From: Candidatus Limnocylindrus sp.
GTDB taxonomy: Bacteria; Chloroflexota; Limnocylindria; Limnocylindrales; Limnocylindraceae
Assembly (NCBI GenBank): GCA_040397175.1
Contig: JBBAWM010000005.1
Coordinates: forward strand, 56,670 to 72,120
Direction of reading: 5' to 3'
DNA: 15,451 nt
A program made the position numbers and the translations under genes. Within the stretch, counting starts at the first letter, position 1. Every line of letters begins with the position of its first letter. Below, piece by piece: positions 8,975 through 15,451 of this stretch. A model generated the notes under the pieces. That model was given only the letters and a program-made list of their open reading frames with translations, was not told the origin of the DNA and searched no databases.

Positions 8975-9105
8975 GATGTGCCTCCAGCTAGCGGGCTGAA
9001 CCAGATTCCCTGGTTGACAGTTGGCACACTCTACGCGAGCGGCACGCAACGGAGTAGGCTAGGCGCAACGCGGCAGCCTGCCGCAGCGGATAAGGAGGGT
9101 TCATT

Positions 9106-10044
9106 GTGGGTGAGGTCAAGATTGGCGCGCTGGTATGGCCGCAGTTCACCGAGTGGAAGTCGGTCAAGTCGATGGGCGTCACCGCCGATCGCGTGGGCTT
9201 CGACACCCTCTGGACCTGGGACCACATGTACCCAATCATCGGCAACCCGAATGGCCCCATGTTCGAGGGCTGGTCGACGCTCGTCTCCTGGGCCGAGAAC
9301 ACCTCAAAGATTCGCATCGGTCTGATGGTCGGTGCTAACACCTTCCGTGAGCCAACCATTACGGCGAAGCTCGCCACCACCCTCGACCACATCTCCAACG
9401 GCCGCGCCATTCTTGGTGTGGGTGCCGCCTGGTTCGAAGAGGAGCACGAGCACTTCGGCCTGAACTTTGGTGATGGCTTCCCAGAGCGACTCCGCTGGCT
9501 CGGCGAGGCCCTGCCGATCATGCGCGGCATGCTCGATGGCACCGAACCAACCGCCACCGGCCCGCGCTACAAGGCGAAGACGGTGCGCAACCTTCCGCTT
9601 CCAATTCAGAAGCACCTGCCGATCCTGATCGGCGGCGGCGGCGAGCAGGTCACGCTAAAGCTCGTTGCCAAGTACGGCGACGCCAACAACGTAAGTGGCA
9701 CGCCTGAGCAGGTCGCACACAAGGAAGAGGTGCTGCTGAAGCACTGCGAGACCCTTGGCCGTGATCCCGGCACGATCGACCGCACCGTGGGCATTGGCAA
9801 CGTGGTGATTCGCAATGATGCCGCCGAGGCCCTGCGCATCCACAAGGCCCAGTTCAGCACCAACGGCATCGAGCCAGCCTGGGAGAACCAGCCAGTCGGC
9901 ACCGTCGATCAGGTCGTGGAGCACCTCGCTCCCTACCTAAAGATCGGCTACCGCCACCTGATCGCCGGCTTCTCTACCCCGCACGACGAGGAGTCGATGA
10001 TCCGCTTCGCCGAAGAGGTGCTCCCGAAGCTCAAGCAGATCTAG
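9106..10044 (+). CDS. LLM-class (luciferase-like) oxidoreductase, probably F420-dependent
   Basis: GFDTLWTWDH, AKLATTLDHISNGRAILGVGAAW, PILIGGGGE; SD AAGGAGG; TAGGCT -10 candidate at 9055-9060. Confidence 0.92.
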   Translation: MGEVKIGALVWPQFTEWKSVKSMGVTADRVGFDTLWTWDHMYPIIGNPNGPMFEGWSTLVSWAENTSKIRIGLMVGANTFREPTITAKLATTLDHISNGRAILGVGAAWFEEEHEHFGLNFGDGFPERLRWLGEALPIMRGMLDGTEPTATGPRYKAKTVRNLPLPIQKHLPILIGGGGEQVTLKLVAKYGDANNVSGTPEQVAHKEEVLLKHCETLGRDPGTIDRTVGIGNVVIRNDAAEALRIHKAQFSTNGIEPAWENQPVGTVDQVVEHLAPYLKIGYRHLIAGFSTPHDEESMIRFAEEVLPKLKQI

Positions 10045-10054
10045 GCGGCTTGAA

Positions 10055-10073
10055 TGCGCGGCGCGGCCGCGCA
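10055..10073 (+). terminator. GC-rich hairpin after the LLM gene (no U-tract)
   Basis: TGCGCGGC-GCG-GCCGCGCA, 10 nt after the stop; near-identical inverted copy at 8322-8339. Confidence 0.45.
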
Positions 10074-10152
10074 CCAGTACTAATATGACTTTGCTTCATG
10101 ATTTACCATTCGCCAAGGCCCTCAATTGCAGGGTCGAAGCTGGAGGTGGATT

Positions 10153-11049
10153 ATGGCTGCATCGAAGCGAACCGCCACAAAAAAGGCGGTTAGCAAACGT
10201 CGAAGTTCTGGCAAGCGCATCAAGCTCGGGAACGTTTCGCTCACCCAAAGGCAACTGCTTATTGGCGGAATTGTTGCGACACTGCTCGCCGTAGGAATGT
10301 ACTTCGGTCGAACAGAGAAGGTCGCAGTGACCGTCGCAATCAGCGCGCCAAATGGTGGTGTGTTCAAGGATCCAAATGGCTGCGACGCCCTTTCAGACTA
10401 CAAGGGGAATGTTGACTCCATTTCGGTCACCTCGGCTGCTGGAGCGGTGATCCCTATCTCTGAGATCACATGGGTCAGCGTCGAGAAGAACCTCTGCGAG
10501 GGCACGTTTATGCTCTCGCTGTCGCCATATTCTGAGTACCAGGTGAGTGTTGATAACGCACAGCTGGGCTCCATTACAGAGATGACATTCTCTAGCCACG
10601 CTGCAAAGTTCACCAAAACGATCTCTGTGACCCGCAACTTGAGCGGGACGCACGATTTAGTTGAGACGGCCAGTTCATGTACTGGTCCTATCTCGGACTG
10701 GACATGCTCGTGGTCATATTGGTCCTTTGGCAAGCACTTTATTGGAAACACCACGACCGGAACCTGTGCAGGAACGGGGGGGTACGACGATCTCCGAGAT
10801 GGAGCCGTTGTAACCGTTTCCAATTCTACCGGCACCGTAATTGGAACCACCACACTATTTGGATCAAAATATGACCTCGTGTCAGTCTCTTCGCGACAAA
10901 TTATTTGCACATTTAAATGGGAGTTGAAGGATGTTCCGAATGATGACGCAGGGTATTCAGTAGAGGTCACACATCGTGGAAAGGTGTTCTTCACATCAGA
11001 TCGATTGCAATCAAATGGGTACGTGCTAACGACCACGATCGGAGAGTAA
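10153..11049 (+). CDS. AT-rich hypothetical membrane-anchored protein (298 aa) with Cys-containing extracellular domains
   Basis: ATG 10153 with SD GGAGGTG; basic N-tail, one TM, six Cys; C-domain CAGTGGYDDL...CTF...YSVEVTHRG. Confidence 0.8.
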   Translation: MAASKRTATKKAVSKRRSSGKRIKLGNVSLTQRQLLIGGIVATLLAVGMYFGRTEKVAVTVAISAPNGGVFKDPNGCDALSDYKGNVDSISVTSAAGAVIPISEITWVSVEKNLCEGTFMLSLSPYSEYQVSVDNAQLGSITEMTFSSHAAKFTKTISVTRNLSGTHDLVETASSCTGPISDWTCSWSYWSFGKHFIGNTTTGTCAGTGGYDDLRDGAVVTVSNSTGTVIGTTTLFGSKYDLVSVSSRQIICTFKWELKDVPNDDAGYSVEVTHRGKVFFTSDRLQSNGYVLTTTIGE

Positions 11050-11079
11050 CTCTCGCCCTCTAGTAGGGTGACGCTCCAG

Positions 11080-11118
11080 AATGCATGCATGCCTTAGGGC
11101 ATGCATGCATTTTCATTG
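11080..11118 (+). terminator. Probable intrinsic terminator (14-bp perfect stem)
   Basis: AATGCATGCATGCC-TTAG-GGCATGCATGCATT running into a T-rich tract (TTTTCATT). Confidence 0.65.
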
Positions 11119-11171
11119 AACGCACCATTCGTGGTACGTGGTGCGTATTTGAAGGCATACATTATGCTCTG

Positions 11172-11816
11172 GTGCTGCAAAGATATCGGTGGTTCGTACT
11201 GTTGGTCGGTTCCGTATTCGCCGCTGCCGTCATCATTGGTTTCTCCTCGGAACCAGAGGGGGCTGTCGCCAGTGCCTCTGCCGAGTCAACTGGGGCACCG
11301 GACGAGCCGGTTTCAGGTTCTGGAATTCGCGTCGAGGTGAGTGGTGCCGTGCATGTCCCTGGCGTCTACGCGCTACCTGACGGCGCTCGCTTGATTGATG
11401 CCATTACCGCCGCTGGCGGGTGGGGGGAGCGCATTGACCCGCTGCGTATTGAGATTTGCCTCAACCTCGCTGCGCCGCTTACAGATGGTTCTGCCATACG
11501 AATTCCGTCACGAGATGATCGCTTCCTGCTCGGCGTCCAGGGGATCCTTTGCGGAGCGCTCTACGCCGCCCCTGGGGAGATCGCGGCCGTAGACGCAGCG
11601 GGCTCGGTTGCTTCAACCGCCACGGGTGGAAAGATCGACTTAAACACGGCGACTGCAGAGCAGCTCGACACTCTGCCGGGCATCGGGCCAGTGACGGCAG
11701 CAAAGATCATCGCGGCGCGAAAAGAGGCGCCGTTCCTCATCGTTGACGATCTCCGCACGCGAGGGCTCATCAGCGATCGAGTTCTACAGCAGATCCGACC
11801 GCTCGTAACGCCGTGA
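11172..11816 (+). CDS. comEA: Competence DNA receptor ComEA (TM, SLBB, HhH)
   Basis: VEVSGAVHVPGVYALPDGARLIDAITAAGG, LNLAAPLTDG, IDLNTATAEQLDTLPGIGPVTAAKII. GTG 11172 inferred as the start. Confidence 0.93.
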   Translation: MLQRYRWFVLLVGSVFAAAVIIGFSSEPEGAVASASAESTGAPDEPVSGSGIRVEVSGAVHVPGVYALPDGARLIDAITAAGGWGERIDPLRIEICLNLAAPLTDGSAIRIPSRDDRFLLGVQGILCGALYAAPGEIAAVDAAGSVASTATGGKIDLNTATAEQLDTLPGIGPVTAAKIIAARKEAPFLIVDDLRTRGLISDRVLQQIRPLVTP

Positions 11817-14380
11817 GGGAACGGCGCCAACGTGCGCCACGACTTGGCGGGCGCGCCGGTTGGGCAGCCATGGCGGCAGTGGGGGCCGCTCATCTCTCCT
11901 TGTTGCCCCTCCCCGCCTCGGTTCTAGGTGCTGGCGCACCTGCCCTCGCACTCGGATCACTCCTGGCCCTAACGCTACTTGCACGAGGCGTGCGCCTCAC
12001 CGCCAGGGAATCAATTCGAGCGGCACTCGTTGGCGTACTCCTCATTAGTGCGCGCGTCGCGCTGCTTGGCCCACCGATTCCTCCTGTAGATAGCGCCGTG
12101 GCCGTGGTGCCAACGAGCGAGATCCAGGGCCAAGTTGCCGCGCTACTTGCTCCACTCCGCGGATCACAGCGGTTCATTGTCGAGTCCGGTGGATTACGTA
12201 TTCAAGTTGAGGCGCCACCAAATCCTAGCGTGCGCACTGGTGACACAATTCTCACGACCCTGGAGCAGCGACCTATGACAACCGACGCGCACGAGCGCTT
12301 ACGCCTCCGTGGAATTTCCGCGACAGCACGAACGCGAACCGTCCAGATTTTCTCTCGGGGCAACCCGCTTGAAACCTTTCGGTCGGCCCTCGGTGACGCC
12401 ATCGAGCGCGTCCTCCCCGCCCCAGCTGGTGGGCTTGCCGCGGCAATCGTGATCGGGCTGCGTGAACGGGTCGACGAACGTCTCGCCGCGGACTTCACAG
12501 CGACGGGCCTCGGACACGTTGTTGCCCTCTCTGGTTGGAATGTTGCGATCACCATGGCTGTTGCTGATCGATTTGCAAAACGGCTCCCGGCAAAGCGGCG
12601 TCGACCGCTACTGATCGCGGTCGCGATTGCCTACGGGCTCTTCGCTGGAGCGAGTGCGAGCGTGATCCGCGCCAGCCTTATGGCGGCCGCCGCGCTGATC
12701 GGTGCGGCATCTGGGCGACCTGGCTCCGGCGCAGTTGCACTGTCACACGCCGCATTAGCGCTGATGGTGCTCGACCCGGCGATTGCGGCCGACCCAGGCT
12801 TTCGTCTCTCAGCACTAGCCACTGCGGGACTCCTCGCCAAGAGTCAGCGCTGGTCTGAGCGCGCCGCAGCGTTCGGCACGAGGCTTCCCAGGCAGCTACA
12901 ACCCGGCTGGTCAGTCATCGGCGGCGATGTCGCGGTAAGTCTTGCCGCGCAGGCTGCGACCCTCGGGCTCGTGATCGCGCTCTTTGGCCGAATCGCTGTC
13001 TGGTCCATTCCCCTAACACTGCTCATCGCTCCGCTCATTGCCCCGGCCACCGCGGCTGCAATTCTTGCCACCGTTGCTGGCGCTCTGGTTCGCGTGCTCC
13101 CGCCTGCGCTGGCCCTCTTGCCGGGCCTGCTGGCACTCCCAGCAGCGGCACTCTTTAGTGCTGCCGCGTGGATTGCCCAATTTGGTGCAGGCCTCCCTGC
13201 TGGTGGCATTGAGGTGCCGCGTGGTGCCACCGTCGGTGTGGGGCTGCTCCTTGGAATAGCCGGGGTATGGCTCCTTCTTCGAGACGAGTCACATACCACT
13301 ACGAACGAGATAGACAGGGGTTCAGACGCATCAAATTTCACGACGAAGCACATCGCCTTCGGAATCGCCGTGTTGATTGCCATCAGCGGGCTGACCTCAC
13401 TCGAAAGTGCCTCGCCGAGGGGATCACTGCGAATTACCGTACTGGACGTTGGGCAAGGGGACGCGATCCTCATTGAGGTGCCTGGTCATCGAATGCTCAT
13501 CGACGGCGGCCCTGACCCGTCGCGCCTGAGCGCGGAGTTGGATCGCATTATTCCCGCCTGGGATCGTCGCATCGACCTTTTTGTCGCAAGTCACCCGCAT
13601 GAAGACCATCTCGCTGGCCTTCCAAAACTGCTCGACCGATATCGGGTCGCCTCGGTAATTGGCTCCGAGGATCGTGGCGGCGGTCCCGCTGCATCAAGCT
13701 GGCGAGAGATATTGCAACAGAGCAACATTTCGTACCACCAGGTCTTTACCGGAGAGAGGTTCTCCATCGGCGCCGCGCAATTGAGGGTTCTCTGGCCCGA
13801 TAAAACCTATCTTTCACTACCGCCAGGAAACGACGGTCGTGCATTGAATGATCGATCAATCGTCTTACGACTCGATATTCCAGGTTTCAGTGCCCTTTTT
13901 ACGGGAGACATTGAGAGCGACATTGATGCGCGAATCCTGCACAACATCACTGCACCAGTTGATTTCCTAAAGTCTCCTCACCATGGGAGCAAGACGTCGG
14001 CGAGCAGCGCGCTTCTTAGCGCATTAAACCCTCGAGTCGCTGTTGTATCTGTTGGCGCGAAAAACTCGTATGGCCACCCCTCAGCGGTGACACTGCAGCG
14101 ACTCGGCGAGCATGGCGCTGCAGTTGAGCGAACGGATCGCGATGGGTCGGTAATGGTCACCGTTTCGCTGCAGCGTCCCGACCGAATCAGCATTCGGAGC
14201 AACGCCGGCGAACACCTCGCACCCGCCCGCTCTGCGATGGGCCGTCGTGCACCTGGGCTAGCTGCAGCCGATGCACTGCGACCTGGCCACCTCGCATCGG
14301 TTGCCGTGTTGGGCGGGGCTTCGGGCTGCCCCATCCCAGGCGCTAGGATCCGCCCATGGGAACGGCACCGATTCTCCTAG
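11813..14380 (+). CDS. comEC: DNA uptake channel ComEC/Rec2 with metallo-beta-lactamase domain
   Basis: Competence domain (TGLGHVVALSGWNV, SVIRASLMA, GFRLS), VLDVGQGDAILI, SHPHEDH, LFTGDIE, PHHGS, NSYGHP; GTGA overlap with the comEA stop. Confidence 0.95.
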   Translation: MRERRQRAPRLGGRAGWAAMAAVGAAHLSLLPLPASVLGAGAPALALGSLLALTLLARGVRLTARESIRAALVGVLLISARVALLGPPIPPVDSAVAVVPTSEIQGQVAALLAPLRGSQRFIVESGGLRIQVEAPPNPSVRTGDTILTTLEQRPMTTDAHERLRLRGISATARTRTVQIFSRGNPLETFRSALGDAIERVLPAPAGGLAAAIVIGLRERVDERLAADFTATGLGHVVALSGWNVAITMAVADRFAKRLPAKRRRPLLIAVAIAYGLFAGASASVIRASLMAAAALIGAASGRPGSGAVALSHAALALMVLDPAIAADPGFRLSALATAGLLAKSQRWSERAAAFGTRLPRQLQPGWSVIGGDVAVSLAAQAATLGLVIALFGRIAVWSIPLTLLIAPLIAPATAAAILATVAGALVRVLPPALALLPGLLALPAAALFSAAAWIAQFGAGLPAGGIEVPRGATVGVGLLLGIAGVWLLLRDESHTTTNEIDRGSDASNFTTKHIAFGIAVLIAISGLTSLESASPRGSLRITVLDVGQGDAILIEVPGHRMLIDGGPDPSRLSAELDRIIPAWDRRIDLFVASHPHEDHLAGLPKLLDRYRVASVIGSEDRGGGPAASSWREILQQSNISYHQVFTGERFSIGAAQLRVLWPDKTYLSLPPGNDGRALNDRSIVLRLDIPGFSALFTGDIESDIDARILHNITAPVDFLKSPHHGSKTSASSALLSALNPRVAVVSVGAKNSYGHPSAVTLQRLGEHGAAVERTDRDGSVMVTVSLQRPDRISIRSNAGEHLAPARSAMGRRAPGLAAADALRPGHLASVAVLGGASGCPIPGARIRPWERHRFS

Positions 14381-15408
14381 CCTGGGGCGACGATCTCCTC
14401 CTCATCGAAGAGGCGGTGGCGGCGCTCGGCGCCCGCATGGCCGCCGAGGACGCCATGGGGGGCGGGCTCCCCGAGAAGGTGCGCCTCAAGGCTGAAGGGC
14501 GGGGCTCTGGCGACGGGGCCGAGGTGCTTGGTGAGCTACGTCGCCGACTCGGCACGGGCGGCCTCTTCGGCGGCGGATCCCTCATGGTCGTTGCCGGTGC
14601 TGGTCGCCTCGGGCGCACCAAGGATCTGCGCGCCAACCTCACCGACACCCTCGCCGACATGGCCCCCGGGAACGGCGTTGTGCTAGTTGATCAGCGCGCG
14701 CGTCGACCAAACCTCAAGGGGATGCGGCCTGATGGTCCAGGCGAGCTTGGTCTGTTGGTGCAAGATCGTGGCGGCAGCATCGTCTCGTGCATCTCCCCTG
14801 GCCCTGGCGAGTTGGCGTCGTGGCTGCTGGCGCGCGCGAAGAGTGCTGGCCGCGAGATCGCTGGTGATGCCGCGAAGTCGATCGCCGAGCGGCTCGGTGC
14901 CGAGGTGCGCGAGCCCGACCTTGATCGCAGTGGTATTCGCATGACGTCGGTCGTAGAGCTCGAGAAGTTGATGCTCGCGATCCCTACCGGGCCGATCTCC
15001 CTTCGTGCCGTTGATGCACTCGTTGCTGACCGCGGTGTTGGCTCACTCTTCGCCTTTGCCGACGCGATCGTCTCGCGCAGTGGCACGCTGGTCTCGAAGC
15101 ACCTCCTACGTGCGGTCAGTGAGCCAGGGCCGATGGTTGTGGCAACGATGCATCGCAAGATGCGCGACCTCGCGCAGATTCACGGCGCGACTGTTGTTGA
15201 GGGTGCATCAGTTGCGACCGCGGCGCGAACGATTGGCATGCATGAGTTTCCCGCCGGCAAGCTTGCCGAGGCGGCACGTAAGTGGAGCAGCGCAGAGATC
15301 GCCGACGCGATCAACGGCCTTGTTGAGTTGGATGCGATTAGTAAGGGTGACGGCGAGCGGGCCTGGGGCCAGGCGCTGACTCGCTGGAGCGCTGCGCGCA
15401 TTCGCTAA
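14356..15408 (+). CDS. holA: DNA polymerase III delta subunit
   Basis: LLAWGDDLLLIEEA, GLFGG, ELEKL, LFAFADAI, LVELDAISKG; usual position after comEC. Confidence 0.85.
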   Translation: MGTAPILLAWGDDLLLIEEAVAALGARMAAEDAMGGGLPEKVRLKAEGRGSGDGAEVLGELRRRLGTGGLFGGGSLMVVAGAGRLGRTKDLRANLTDTLADMAPGNGVVLVDQRARRPNLKGMRPDGPGELGLLVQDRGGSIVSCISPGPGELASWLLARAKSAGREIAGDAAKSIAERLGAEVREPDLDRSGIRMTSVVELEKLMLAIPTGPISLRAVDALVADRGVGSLFAFADAIVSRSGTLVSKHLLRAVSEPGPMVVATMHRKMRDLAQIHGATVVEGASVATAARTIGMHEFPAGKLAEAARKWSSAEIADAINGLVELDAISKGDGERAWGQALTRWSAARIR

Positions 15409-15451
15409 CGCAGCGCTCCGAGCGCGTCGATTATCAGCCTTCGCGCTTCTC
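15405..15451 (-). CDS. Possible 3' end of a convergent gene (...EARRLIIDALGALR*)
   Basis: Open frame ending in TAG at 15407-15405, overlapping the holA TAA as in other convergent pairs here; too short to identify. Confidence 0.35.
   Translation of the reverse strand, partial: EARRLIIDALGALR

Noticed and set aside
9014-9036. TTGACA -35 or a sigma54 TGGCAC site
   Set aside because: No -10 at 16-18 bp from TTGACA, and the -12 position reads ACGC rather than TTGC.
11117-11130. LexA box upstream of comEA (GAAC...ATTC)
   Set aside because: Spacer is 5 nt and the second half-site is mismatched.
11043-11160. Integron attC site (stop codon within TAAC followed by palindromes)
   Set aside because: No matching GTTRRRY end, the stems are separate local hairpins, and there is no integrase.

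Overview
High-GC, densely packed bacterial chromosomal region. The gene content, the leuS...comEA-comEC-holA synteny and the F420-type LLM enzyme suggest a streamlined Chloroflexota or Actinomycetota-like genome (inference). It holds a 5' partial lamin-tail-domain secreted protein with a Pro/Thr tandem repeat, a membrane protein, a lipoprotein followed by an unlisted 37-aa membrane peptide, an EamA transporter, tRNA-Ala(CGC), a DUF1801 protein, an M48/YgjP-like metallo-hydrolase, an MFS transporter, tRNA-Ala(GGC), leuS, three genes between leuS and comEA (one AT-rich), comEA, comEC and holA. Best lead: a sigma70-type promoter (TTGCGC-17-TATTAT) overlapped by a palindromic Gram-positive-type SOS box (TAGAAC-N4-GTTCTA), upstream of the lipoprotein and the 37-aa single-TM peptide. 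This is a candidate undescribed DNA-damage-inducible envelope or division-inhibitor module. Also notable: seven genes with a leaderless -10/N6-7/start layout, a cluster of palindromes before comEA, an AT-rich protein with an apparent tandem domain duplication, and an 18-bp hairpin motif bracketing a divergent gene pair. No mobile element or CRISPR array is supported.
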